Source of the DNA: Candidatus Omnitrophota bacterium
Lineage (GTDB): Bacteria > Omnitrophota > Gorgyraeia > Gygaellales > Profunditerraquicolaceae
DNA: 64,000 bases
Assembly: GCA_041651115.1 (NCBI GenBank)
Contig: JBAZJY010000005.1
Coordinates: 6,405 to 70,404 of the forward strand
Reading direction: 5' to 3'
The position numbers were made by a program, and so were the translations under genes. This document shows, in pieces, positions 62,501 through 64,000 of the stretch (its first letter is position 1; every line of letters begins with the position of its first letter). The notes below the pieces were generated by a model, which searched no databases, was not told the DNA's origin, and saw only the letters and a list, made by a program, of their open reading frames with translations.

Positions 62501-64000
62501 CACAGCAAAAACATTGCATTGGAAAATGCTTATGAAGATTGGAAGGGCGGAAAGCTTGCCCTTTCAGAAGATTTGAAATCATATATTAGAGGAAACGTTA
62601 ATAAAATCAGTATTGACCGTCATGCTGAACCGTTCCCGGATGGAAGCGACGATCCGTATGTTCAGATCGCCCATGAACTGTTACATAATGCTTCTTTCCT
62701 TGAGCTGTTTGGGGTAAATACCTACGATGATTGGAATCTTATCTATGGCGAGAATCAGGATGCGATAACCTTTGTGGCTGTACGCGCCTGGGATGCGGAT
62801 GTTAATTTCGGCGGCATGTATGCGTATATAAGCGCATTAGAGGAAAATCAGAATTTATCATACGAGTTAAACAATCTTGACAGCGATACGCAGCAGCTTT
62901 TCTATCAGGCTTACGGAACGATGCCGCAGCAATTGACCTGGCAGAGCGAAAATTATATGGCATTGTTATTCTCCATCACCATGAGCCCGGATTATCTGGG
63001 TGCTGACGCGGTGATCAGCAATTTGGCAGAAATGAATGGATTCTTCAGCAGCTGGCAGCACGAAGATTTATATTACCGTAATGAGATCAATAGCCGCATC
63101 TTAAGCAACTTTGGGATAAATCTAAACGACGGCGTACAGGCTTCGGATATTGCCGCGGTCAATAACCGCCAGTTTGGCATTCTTTATAATGAAGCTGGCC
63201 AGCCGCGCGATGTCTTCAGGGTAATTGAGTTTTATGAGTTGGCAATTAGATACGATGACGCTTTTCATAACGCTGATTATTCCAGCGAGATCAGCCAGCA
63301 GATACTTTCCTTATTCAATATGAACTTAGCTGATAATAATATTTCTATCAGCGACCTGCGGGGTTTTGGCGATCCTGATTTCGGCGTATTGTATAAAGAA
63401 AACGGCGTGGCGCGCGATGCCGATGAAGTGATGAGAGTCTTTGATTCCGTGATATACCTGACCAGGCTCTCTGGTTCCAGGATAGCGTTGCTTGGTGACA
63501 TATTCTCTGGCGAAGGTATAAATTTAAGCAACGGCATTAATTCCACCAATGAATTACAGGCAACCATTGATCGTATATCCTATGCCGCGGAATATGATAT
63601 CAACGGTAATCCTATAGATATTAACGGCAACGGCATTAGCGGGGAATATTTATATTACGACAGCGCAAGCCGCACCTTTGATTTCAGCTTATTGGAAGAA
63701 AATCTTGACGGTGTCAATGACCTTAGGGGAGTAGTTATCGGTAACGGACAGACGGATAATCTTAGAAGAATATTCGGGGTTGATTTTAATGATCTTGATG
63801 TAGAAGGGTTTATAGCCGCCATAGACATAATCCACGGCCATAAAGTCTATGACAACGGATATGTTTATGATTACACTGATGCCGAGACTTTCGTGGCGAA
63901 CTTAGAGAAGGTAGTTGCTTTATACAATGAGCTGGCTTCCAGGGGCCAGGTTGATAATTTTAACGCTATATTTAAAGCCGTGATCGGAGGCGATTTAAGC
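29528..64000 (+). CDS. giant multi-domain protein, more than 11,491 aa, 3' end beyond the window. Contains C39-like peptidase, methyltransferase-like fold, polytopic membrane block, RelA/SpoT-like (toxSAS-like) nucleotidyltransferase domain, LysM-like module, coiled coils, beta-barrel-like segment
   Basis: ATG at 29528 (alternative 29561) after an in-frame TAA at 29498. The frame (positions congruent 2 mod 3) was hand-checked at the start, around 46.9-47.3 kb and at the last codon 63998-64000. The ORF track lists no complete plus-strand ORF in this frame, consistent with one ORF open to the window edge. N-terminal TM anchor TWIRVVAFIVVAVFL. Confidence 0.75.
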   Translation, partial: MENPANKAERKMGERGNLSVPLFYLGTNKKQENLSAVVDEPQFKSKFKTWIRVVAFIVVAVFLPEQVAQAVEYDWRVLWQKPAAMGNAFAPAYLADTKNLDIPIAVRNILKDVAGKPITSIKISPTLTVDLPKPLNISKQRIEEIFNWLQGRPCGSKALYDLLSYGGAKATEQDIAVFALTVDILSGTVKPEGNPEIIKNSLYALAKASEFFGVKLYPAKVNNQTPNTQHLTPFIVHLSNDHYVLVTNITPEKVYYISNHKEEFIPTEKFNARFTGYCLVSEIKGSLEAISEEEAKKIKGASDWGDNYSYDAGTYGSNSYYTNNYSNNYNYNNYNSGYTGFDYRRNNANLNLNPFGVNLTLNNGSRQQAIQQVWGFETRYNQPNTKNYASFYTSLNKPITGYYKDSGKGLVLDKGKFGNTWLTPGGSSISTPITGINNWQIGSNSGAVAYKTASKDFAKFDDRMTVWVGSTPSAVFAQSLNLNKESFYKSNFETGTNLPVWHFTPMMNTFFNPEEIGKAGAGYTPPIGAPSPVASQFSINPVKASNGSAIGVKDGFFAMGGLKDKPFQINLTNAGVTIRPGSTIGVSTDYKSVAGSTAAFNKYFIPGQQFNLESGVESQFHFQPQVQSGRSLVLQPGKGVLSMANTGRDDVRFVGTGYLQGFDKTYSAAIFTRELKKDNWKIDFKDEMPTLSSLNKAAKSAGELRSRTSEGFERIAKIQNWHGQDDVITGFRAQGDWVRPITTLPGAAGEDNKRYDSWVGGTGTIGNLGKETLELHKAQFNMGVTKDGLDFTPTLWGKWNIRDNAVKIQGLNFRGEKLFNAKDGFYSDRKLDVDIYEILDRDSHGIITRAPLVSAAKLATFTPKSGWKELPRSSDTQFKSITQYTQSPDTGELQTINRALGTLTKDNKILIDKIVYSAVEVPEAQLGADKASQAGLNEKHRIAAWNTSLFADKKYTYFSESGDTKLQHAANLTLKMTADKKYLQGTGLDYSPMFHNVKHTFTGEIKEFVGQIDTKGNKFISAIREDGRKLANSKQVYINASGIADTKGVMSRYEAAAPDKKLNILLTGLTNRPDDPKNHDEINFLVRLHSVNIKDGGKTLSGLKGLDALSFKKDKWTNVSASIDKDNPGLLSVKDIKGQKYILGNQALPHNDAEFENSLRDQAKKAGMADADKAAMAAVVEHINKINEDSPAAKITQEPVLVPTTTISNKGIADSQKLLVSLSGDFRGAAEQDLRNAVIKNEYGKDFNLAAVKDPTKGEIHAYLGLKSGTQNNPAIMRFNESGIQDFVKGTGYYQARQGDYHYVGFTSNNADLPAVGLQLSRIEFTTQKNNAGEYVSKTVDITRFTPDKNVLTSTSGDVGFSKLLRSPDSGALAFKDVKGIDYSATVNYGLNGSMAIPQLQETSKEKEKQPSMMKREDLFLRFANWLNRYAANNKEDKALTEFAESLRSQHADYVDKSNKLKWIEVGDQLILQVKFDGIEGKIKAIFTVGKNDEDLLVELGRGNTEAVNKALGDGYEVELRRNGEFKNVYKYDKDKNKYEVLGKFKDRFGEKHKWARQPNVEDYLVVKQVENKEGKQVKRSAWGFLSNEGEFSNSLSQKIADNAEIFSTVDKKGSVTNTAIIHAAAGDISTEYFEYSDGGYFGLPLLTFTANISPTITHGTSVSETSTEVEVSNNLKIEINEFAPADNINRVVTTMSPGEFEAATALESTAYAIIGGQAVLIDSEAAKNAGKAQILNHLRSEGITAENINENSVSITSYGSLSRASFKFDGEDQQGMEYEFYGIKRNESGDVFIKVNRFNAANINDGGFCMITREGQVLNSYTTPDGRDSISIDPSTGNFHSTWTGPDGNKYNYVTTILGQNIYTLDRPAQEAPDAFWFNLSNFSLAEYFNKQYTEQARFDRLYFTDGKGNMVEHAEGMKSLSRYLSQVQLSALNSGNKMDFDNTIALYRVPGRGFFHSTWAFASPLKRRRGIMVEEEGQVKDMSFKDLGLNKEDLRNINSLFVGLKGRIKNGTYIHQAEYLNALACSQARAFEYLLINTDLGAKGIIPLGIRDKAVTGGKINTIATATVLIAGGTVASFYSAGAASPIAAAGLTMLAGALGATSSEVFKYGFRGEHLTFKEGATSFVFSAAPGALGRLGAGVKGAGTIKTIADIAVKGTRSGYVIYNASNALNIYTTGKPLNFAQSAGVLAANYLFTAPSAMGGIFGSTGKIATKYTQLITKVGFGSPRLGRVIVNTATNQILLQGTSLVTTGKWADRKVTLGVIGASILPSVYMRSSGIGILPGMAITTADTVKYKITQKKDKDGIGQHLTWGQISLIGGAAMVPGILKRGFTALESRLGTMTGKFAIPKIPALVTGKTASYVAKAGLHSLAGAALYPAFTKDRYTVKNIGIGALVGLGVWGLRLVNNWAGKKLESLISRATKANAERIDVANRLLNKVGVQTAEEVIKVPTNAKSFFVNQATFLTTSTVFAYLEQKDPLYNSFGTASAISSVLLNPGRNILSTISNLGRYLDNRKGLADKEEVEAILGDRWQEFFKEDKDLGGKYVRFKESRFKDALKDYNLDSDTKRKLRTLWTKSESALSARLAYIQGKERNTFNELLRNEVGGIPSAILAFGYYGLDTYLQAFSGSYTIKAAANFKQTAQDFFSFADKTREVITEIRQTYELPDDKWVEVGMLLGSVMGAKRGYSALGNKFKGMAAADKSKFLQFVSKTHINAANLTFLNTGFAVVAPLLNKGADSEDYLRQIFYTAYAKDSVMEGAMGASLVWNSFAGAANLLTKTGAGKSIKTYMDGQYKFRVIDTPVTVGKSTTLLKPVIKVGVKFGTPAALVGVGTGTYLLATENKFVEERLDPTVRAVVANLGLITAAAGLRLLTKSISNVKQFKQLMREGKIMRPERVVYKHNVKDLSAIKYKPGSANWFFGTGNEHLQGWKAFGHQMKYNAIWTGVGTGAGLALHRINVARGKADKDDRLLYMVLGGLSGMGAKNLPGITRFGAHAAVNLVDIAATGALVYSAKKLIIDPALSKIESRFDYNNKDFSYAEIAMPHVFDKHSTNEIETELDKDALTSGNLQSKKKEDPAGKGYIYKNEQTSDWDYILLTGLLVSSIFKVGKVAAKSYKGPDLKDPRGWKGIWQEGWNQGILRAGLEKETFKASFSKFQLSNTLATPAIMAAGGGALLMAGKSKEIEKTPWGKLFRYAGTGLLAYGSLKLVDSLGGNLSPLQIHRYAMENLRFGKLGAVGKGAASVLAAGKWGVWNFATRGTLANMFTVIAPLYGVVELASLLTKRTITPSAFTQTEKSFWNATLGAFWRDAEFYSTVTGERVGYDQSDKSSVILLPGTGNDLKYRKVLLDEKGESKWKSLNLFQKAVLSGRLAEISYCTGLFGVDPETGLPKIDSFQDSRLKTFKGFFKAIDKQNLQFSAILAVFQPIANAIFSNIKNINAIGVKNFGRKFQAIGTGMENVFSADVVLGKSPRFAKSNPLSGGQLLNMVVTGTVEETITEQGIQMGLSLIPFNFLGPRTGPLVSEVLQEILSPFGAGSPNYMYTRKEAINFNNQKLVQFAEQMLGSQISDQQRKQLSDSMATLQNKKSDKKAQKAAAEAIVKVGEQTASLGDARKIKAHAKSLGLLQNLKSNTAEAVGDCLLPVAEQYGKELNREFEGRLKLAFGDKIKIAPLKAMGVNKLINKLTGSPTPAQYNPNPNGKDYITFDIGQNFLFTTDEKGNHEIKPSIIAVYNIIHENIHGIINHNKEDLDTFKNSVEFKERMGQIADFLGYKGADKLKMVDLDISEWNPNEMLTQYYSMLMLASYVIEGKQKYGEDYGTENMKDLIERTLNKHFDSFTDSMQALFDMGEAGYVREADPYIVNPEFMSNVIDFVQWTNGNIAVPRPLVGIPDDDEVDKQIMDLLKLSADKQEELRKLGIEPGERITNATYKKLLSLPVEFAGRVDAIFEKGTDQLKDYYHKLIKKDNADTRLKIVSRLAPFFLMPAVYGGIELFAGNKSPVHKDVLLGRMIFELDAESNAEVKKELESLYAQETGWNIEKLRVEPNYEVMAGKVSEEMNKVFEEKGINIKIHPKEQMDEVTRAKGVFTPAAANVSEDSTEDVSIDFAAESLFDAKMFLKAYLHDGHHALLTRMGYKYVVDKIQAFDALLHKVASEAKDKELESLRKDIMKYFSGEKVKNEFTEEKESYDHTVDAFYKNKIAGIENDEAQKKAYTNEEFAKDLKILKNRITTSLHLTNNGVVLPQNKKIIKQLEKAINTAEQTPSLSFEQMEKITRDLRAMPLRKSDFGISIEQLGHLSEELYMRSAARSSYKYTPAVVNLMKKVRQYGQLEEFLVNLNAEIGMPKIENVISSPLKQAEPKDIVLAGAIAAMTGGKVVGRGANIGKGNGFGGDIKVSEPIKPANKKQDKESSPLERQQPANVPVVPFNLPIVNVVFGQNSTGWGALVSFLGRSQTKAFSSSPMALYEAAQVNIEDILPLKSPVLHLSTGVAPPVGAFLAKLFAQALAKVANIGANIVEFIAESSTVVEANGNIWGSWSLFAENTREAEGVSEKTKYASSAVNDSTIEDALRATSNGVLPVSSPILADKTLETKARMARLLMILMKAQLKYRKLGTSLFSKDETRDIFLESAGIISDTLMSTAKNINGKTVKEEAVESLDQWLEETIQTLGLDAKDLAELEHDIVDENPDNNKRVGSRISDMRNGLGDMIETGIDVLGTVIGADEGLRRALALEGTDPGTKYILRQILDEQKKMSKKLTEVEEKAVEANIQAKVAVKGVVKYLNTDNPVDCLIFSIYALVDRKAGEKLENQIRMLRAEGKEVSLETAIEIAQGILGAFAFSEEALRQMPEELLSRLILMKKVGNGKYHAFNVMGRESNGDLIISEDNAAARTAIGRTVSLKDLATYNGDIVVLGLNTETEALENEGARKLSDKEVKEISKEIRDIQGEGNGAGAGNGTSGTGTTGTDAGGAGSSPAGNGDDDNARGAFVGVNGYTKSTAKKQDRISIAPLKITGHIGVNYVGNNNYFAYAIYHNRGANVVYTMVDPKDASRDRQLINNFGKVFNVALVMLTNSNKDADTRSNETTTTTTTATTVNNNNRNTTGNGSNNNEIASLAMLAGNDKININSTGLINHSIYPYTNITLINLYETAPPAGNAISSPAAENTTVEKTSSSIRKFDLAKTSINFVVSLMFGKEEGRDISNEWAAERDARKATAKAKKEEVSHSQSRRNFIKLAVGVSAAAATVGLIGLSGQDKEEAETAAETLRYGLLTDIAKFESGNTITEGVVGITSGYLGTNEIQANQCVVVLTYDSRSNKVVLAHIFSGATDEMEYNSYVYSPDAAKTQVSNLAEVLRQNNIDPKALVANAIYAYPVLYTEAYNEIEAAVRMAAFKDAVIEALNREFASAAEFNYNQNTIKVDVTAGELSGSVYTGTLNDLAEFDIAKDSSLTMKQPGNSLAILLALFAGSTFLMGGLVSYAYNKFSKKAANSSSPIVPNAEEIIIKKMMERFTDGKINGIKIDTLIWNVRTYNASQQAPAKFVSLAKPASSPIDNLPVNGKNMPVGLPINTAVAVSVIAANGTDANNDFVQQALVADAKNLKTSSSADALTDNLAELFKLKAIITSIKAQGPPAFVGIVSAVSGSVTETQTNKGGSNGRKIEKSKIRQVSGGNEELRNTVRHTGTGTTPGRERNTRRVYYSGNAGNQKDFELISGVKFVFIKALFSRLGALVALLSRNEAAFHIDSTGPPLTTKRENRRNLLTRLQAIPSVAGNMAAAIVVFGSAVALLRGLTPTVAPVTTIQGGVTCVTYGLKNLNSIILSSSQKIQRSLWQRAKASAVTLGSFLFTALPETFIQEMAVLIRGNNSSDQIAMQFSLASSPLATESTSLPIRLTAPITINSGAVSSSPVNLKVAGFMVGVLMVLSVLAANAQKFHIVQKGETIWGITGNNWPVIYEKNPQIQNRPGERVYRSQSGDIYIKGSKREAPNDYDLVIIYPGDTIVFEPNAAVATTVAPENKPVAPAVDSAKIEAQNKAKLEAQKKAEAEKAKIEAEKRAEELKKQQALKEQARQDSIARADSIANAKAAQQELLQEEKPAADSVNIADSLANDTVLTTVAQEPVDTVLPAPAQLQAKVDAGLSAKIDLYLSYILWLVPVLLLLAIAKRIFGRRNITKVDPTEKKIGPVEESKDEEEAELKAQQIDDAWKKFEKDNKKKLNKTAKETKTSKAGDMDKAWEDKARAEADEKSKLEQEIDDYESASGVKEIWEMFNEAAPEEKQVINTAKAEALKQVGAALESAAQKLNDKKVDECIAELEELRDNLKDMPFEEERKAEFINGINNSLALIKRDFKKTETISNKDNATSKDNTVKQNKETGKKILKIFKKLFTLVAVIGLILGAFYAAYSFFQNNRSALAGVPANSGDVTNKVITVDSIPSVSLTSFEGLGTFTFLPEEELKTGFASEGDQEEFWALVNGEVGRYKASMERHKQTNVINRTYAGRLQDHEVLFNNAFNNLIRDNRAIFIDIGPGVGNAEGPTTSLEIAKAFSGYDFTVVALDLLESVTMFNDEVSPAVQEKYLSQSNLFIISGDGLEPLKQQINSRIPAVGTDDVVIIRAANSIDVYFERPVIEKWLSSVAEDFREQKVVLLFNRAILVKDNNSLQWNFTGKVSSRGFNHNSRAITPYGAGYPAAYVILNTTSSSPLKARSKFNEYLKYGLLILAYMSYTGLALTLYNSLLVEYIASHILNLLIVNSIVALPVGPLSSYINQSYKVNIKKETPRIDRSKVLSVLKVFPYFVLIWGTLWYGILLPIIPAAAMLIIPAVFLGIYIKHSRVGIFSVKALKATLIAAAVGTSIYLLMPFIPHYIATAMINELIWSPLLSYRLASLLFNYHVEKRTLKQSLKNASSIGYKIYIVTLIPWISVMSFGAMFEPVTTFVIVEVATLIESVFILRWIDANEIKIFDSVAGKLKGITSRRGAVMTTVTTSSPVEAEQLFKIAEAAVGKENMAIIEKAQAVAAAVHASKKDKAAVQESLELAAILIEISGSIFAADGDKKAYAQLIAASLMFGLPSQSIEASFGKQGKDIAKLVNKIKFAVSTTAYEHNSKDNYHLNKFKNMIKDILDTTEEVMLYFAVRMLELKISEDITSLKNEEFIYVVAAIAYDYHLKELGNEIRKQSLMKFSPQSCTDISTKIEEATGMDEETSKVYIGYLIEQLKKELAAQGVNVAKFEFSGRRKDFVSTLEKINDRDYEFEAISDLFALRIVTRDEDRCWEAFSKLRAALQEEDSLLGQENSEDFDDYISKPRGGYQALHGSIWHPINKTLIPDTLKDAIYGEGNIVGVEVQIRTEKMDKIAKTVLADHERKAENSGHKHYDYAFMREAGESLAQNIAAVKEQIWFGDEEHKWGKSVFVNVSRKGKEERIFVIPVSENGPTVVDALSHRRSAFEAIPNNLRLSLVLRDRDTETEKTVKIIVDSSGKNLGISYLGYVLRSGDRVNIEFSEPYKKGQGVSNLPAKFLQYATTYRAKVLAVAVDENKRKDLINSGRQILNSKKNGIFLSDPNIRSYLELITRNLYPLRAESWSDELSIAIAAGIIDVAEVKSIIDQMQAKINVVFDSARKTSSSPVSTIIDIAVELLRFGSVDLMVGQRKLSVNLASESSLGNIEKILLQLYSGAGRIGFRYFTVNPNTREAIADDTLYCGEEKVGIQIIHNEQHSGLALFLTNLSRAIAALKNSTVFIVKRVDYEYHIHNAFQSVNTREAGPLEMVLRKAGFVALEEKAETVSIPRHHSRDTKALSLSMVCNLKQPIVGSTIKVAETWGEGNIVAREYLPEIIGRNTSSPLEAVKFGAVVAGGLIVSSPIEIILISKDGKREALEVNFPAIPSDMPTQKQLIKRALLENHGTMPRYSRHSYIQPEPIRRPFGTYRKVCGNSKINSDGSILDDILSDKMKSFFSWLAGMDTLTAAAMLVLVPAIKLVDGLCSLGEKIFFAIANALYKPSAMKYRVQRFFSGLSHLDELTAAAMLVLVPAIKLVDGLCSLGEKIFFAIANAFYKPSALKYKIQNFFSSFSGMDELTAAAMLVLVPFISLLDKIANAGERILDVIDIRGKVNAFKLNTERFLLGLANTDVLTAVGMIILAVPMYLMNKLWLKRVRLAVFGLTFMTLASSFTIPSEAAILDNKVAKLNTIKAKAFEDGKLDYKEVIKIDEAYENVLEKEIAALGWEAGASARKEKIKEITGQIKNEKDANKLTELKKELLQLYKLQLIYYQDKVELESRKMAELSEKNKKKHSDRIEEKINEKIDNIADATKELKDTYNEQWPMLKEVIAEVEPNVKTAEDIAFLQDLYRMAVDNRSFVLKSLDESSKEQAIVKQELDYYSSKIPEYKESREIADSQEKSEATNTPNMADTQIAGTENKAYKPEGKIEEINKVIEAINDKTLEIVADMAKKETAFEGLEYYWQIIKAAEENNENGRFDTQIAEIRKLYDLARILEGYNRKDADISYSTRINLIDFMFLNRAAGTEDTYLDMLKGTDTLLADDINEAVLAVELNAVPLLKDIRLYENATVTINKQIKTSNDALAKADADAKDIYQSLIEENTKLVNIFTDLTKVLRERLNLSDKYKTIQTGSKGERIVVIALPPEEEDKLNDAENKFKQEINAISAKGKVLGEAAKLYQERKGERDTDKIKLIDLKISLVRKQLAGAVLLDKNIQAALQEVNNTPNRERPALIEKKISGLKGLDLGYKNDFSEMLNISRQISEQEKKIADKQGLEEKLAQAGANNKESEINAEAADESTKKSAKAVVKLFLEKLGVPELNDTIDANAWDNLNTLEQWLAENVFIGTLKDADANELLGIALSAIYRTTISLKEIRGQPMGAIEIKYEYRREEIAGKSSTDNNMSIFYFVGGIRVSEKSLSFVGGVNLGGELDNIGRSIAEMFKKTITRKDLISLQEEIGNKITSKIEEIEKARIDIIAAARKVQLIDAREKNGEILPYSRQEAELDLLAAQENYYKVTENYFGKDKGQYVAIDRGNWTIKIKDINIEIDDDKAVKKALTDLMREDLNNVQKGLEDYLNNNLARYRVPKAHVGFISRTLSHIFVNLGATFTGVRIQQGLVVSWTLWDGGRKFEEALKLLEDGGKVLQIEQEIAELDALIIEFNGFYEAAGDNDIEKKYYSLYAAITLEAHRDMLRDELKQDTKGMLKAPRAKNHTKTDKNIPATTNFSTVSEPADDDILVDYAEGVIDGFVAKKTLSVDCTIVANDAPAGRISEANSTNWRLYERGNIADEAGKTAEEKIKEAGNELWKNATQSSRVISDKQELFILAESFSRYTMVNFDVIKAWFEAKADQLSAEESWIKAKIEALAEMRLEQLDSRRQKLLKEKFDLAAEGKDITAVETKLGLIETEAMAINAGWKTNADQEKAIKDALTEQFKQKWDAWFSPASKNGKLDKFSDELKRIIQPELDKYSNIFDLLSEIVTTGKLAGKDVRPELIKEVYRLLSAVLVDLSGTIRLVGAVEVEINGVKTTIDNSILSQKQADLQKSYSTRETDRINALKKYNDEKDKLITDILVNTKDSKSKKNTNQKSADILISEWNDLFKKNAQYFNSTDGDYELQLISTYEDIFSKQLNASNLKNKSPPSVDDFNAAVNTFYSAYDKLNDDNKSKINSILRVFTHPKNNAQLDLSDGLNDDDRYILGYRSGLIYGDNGKIINDFDILMQSFIAVYDHLNKGAFNHPYERIDYLEEFIASAYPAYSRKVTVSLVNVLGVLQYSEGKEVSPEYREFLQNSVKALVVLSGDIFEIDLTKDTKFDRQLSRRLEDIKKRFQTSIDEAALPYSLIQIEKAIKVAAADPSLDQSFVQELESLRQQYVSQYMNYALAAQRSYLKFLANNPRAINVSIASDYTMCAILLAYSGLSMALPQKDNKQEINAYLNVVKQTVEKLMPPKATPTSDDHLYYDHEGLYIRTIVIRNGQPLEKYLTPDEYLELLMRNIIYQDNNFILGTNQEGFDTINHDTFASTNNNYSYYGRAFNQFSLGELNDGQINLNAVYSFWLNAEDSNWKGLKDASEEGILRKPNQQRMSIDLGHNGNNNQSMRIDYIISESSNKRELDSLNGEIASLENELSVLENKDPAQLTQEELTRINQLNNQITEKNANKEELKGKDMYDEKMVLTFNQNGEHVSFTVGAEIKENQGYGVEGAEDKDKKYDARVLAGVNASYNTDKNSDYRGNLGIYLTEGMVSVNWNQDLGGFQLRFNANKDYNSNSQDEYSSDYKSSRIGLEVTRESSVNKQFMTGIGFMSSEYSGDNLQKKEDIVYVVMKGPGLLGADNLDLRIGYDMENDRPVLDFNIQGTAGKWNPHFGISSFSEEYFELTAGVKYTNDRGSYIETTANASEDYFGWGVRMGNRWGNILAGANTRFATVQARVNPFASIFKSKAVNAGDKKDNFAAQGDIIYEEDLEQLAKNLQQAFNEVPGSKKKVFSFVDQLKGLVKGKKTVYKSWIDLAENLGENVTDMKDNELDKFNKFYLVEKFFNKENRKHPTLFKDFDELFEYIQIAAELETAEGKSLKDYLYLNNPSQQIDIAENELVFWEAVTTAGMIKKYVDEGSTLDEAKRKVTETLSRSIEIEEEVGGLFAGRFLPGDEENLAVLRFFRSLDTKDIKNTEDFLVALKNYLPAISKIYKQENNKGLDLSSKEGMQYVLDWMAVLSNNKEDDQQMLNNVLWLLEGGVKIADAKAQAKDIHGAMITAGNYKYSKETVDNLIIINRLTGDWQLAAEMINLFRYSVVEDVLKNALAEVNKYGVKKDDNIKFYGNLVYREYVTLQNNGKPSGNIPYILDVRNVALRAGVELNDSASHYDSLVYWAGILRILEGKQDKAQALERLETVFVINRGSFSSRLTHNSNLIKFILGEQAIDNVSIKNKEELGGSVSEAKKFIGLVLKESGAASQDKKLNSLQFKSSNLIREPANDGNTTIYLPAGLFSNNNELTKAIIHETGALLGFEHSKNIALENAYEDWKGGKLALSEDLKSYIRGNVNKISIDRHAEPFPDGSDDPYVQIAHELLHNASFLELFGVNTYDDWNLIYGENQDAITFVAVRAWDADVNFGGMYAYISALEENQNLSYELNNLDSDTQQLFYQAYGTMPQQLTWQSENYMALLFSITMSPDYLGADAVISNLAEMNGFFSSWQHEDLYYRNEINSRILSNFGINLNDGVQASDIAAVNNRQFGILYNEAGQPRDVFRVIEFYELAIRYDDAFHNADYSSEISQQILSLFNMNLADNNISISDLRGFGDPDFGVLYKENGVARDADEVMRVFDSVIYLTRLSGSRIALLGDIFSGEGINLSNGINSTNELQATIDRISYAAEYDINGNPIDINGNGISGEYLYYDSASRTFDFSLLEENLDGVNDLRGVVIGNGQTDNLRRIFGVDFNDLDVEGFIAAIDIIHGHKVYDNGYVYDYTDAETFVANLEKVVALYNELASRGQVDNFNAIFKAVIGGDLS
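53385..53790 (+). repeat. 168-bp intragenic tandem repeat, about 2.4 copies, inside giant gene 2
   Basis: accgcagccgcaatg recurs at 53396, 53564 and 53732 (period 168 nt). It encodes repeated LTAAAMLVLVPAIKLVDGLCSLGEKIFFAIANA(L/F)YKPSA(M/L)KY units. The third copy has diverged. Confidence 0.8.

Noticed and set aside
21562-64000. The two giant ORFs as one gene split by an assembly error
   Set aside because: They are separated by ~420 bp holding the conserved box pair, a hairpin repeat and multiple stops in all frames. The second ORF has its own TM-anchor N-terminus. They are two genes.

Overview
This is a bacterial window, about 45% GC by eye, with GGAGG-type ribosome-binding sites. All translations and motif matches below were read by eye from the sequence and the ORF track. 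The first 21 kb is a complete, co-oriented Tad/Flp (tight-adherence) pilus locus downstream of a tRNA-Glu and a parvulin-type PPIase lipoprotein. It contains cpaB, a cpaC secretin with a C-terminal TonB_C-like domain, and one fused gene encoding a ParA/MinD-like CpaE/TadZ ATPase plus a CpaF/TadA secretion ATPase. It also has a DUF192 gene and a large pilin block (8.5-17.6 kb): 12 clear Flp-type prepilin paralogs (P1-P10, P12, P13), one degenerate copy, TadE-like and TadG-like pseudopilins and a secreted duplicated-domain protein. That block includes a tandemly duplicated three-gene unit and several pilins with large cysteine-rich C-terminal domains. tadB and tadC close the locus. After two paralogous lipoproteins comes a minus-strand four-helix-bundle (Avd / 23S-rRNA-IVS family) gene carried between the inverted arms of a repeat element. 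Several other copies of that ~120-bp palindromic repeat have no cargo gene. Each copy is paired with AATGTCCAATCT direct-repeat boxes and sits in front of a large gene. The remaining 43 kb is two giant co-oriented ORFs. The first is 2,515 aa (21562-29109) and looks secreted. The second starts at 29528 and is still open at position 64000 (more than 11,491 codons). The second giant protein contains a C39-like peptidase, a methyltransferase-like fold, a polytopic membrane block, a clear RelA/SpoT-type nucleotidyltransferase (toxSAS-like) domain, a LysM-like module, 168-bp tandem repeats and a beta-barrel-like segment. Tad pili, giant ORFs and the tRNA-flanked context fit an uncultivated predatory or epibiotic lineage such as Omnitrophota. 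That placement is inference only.
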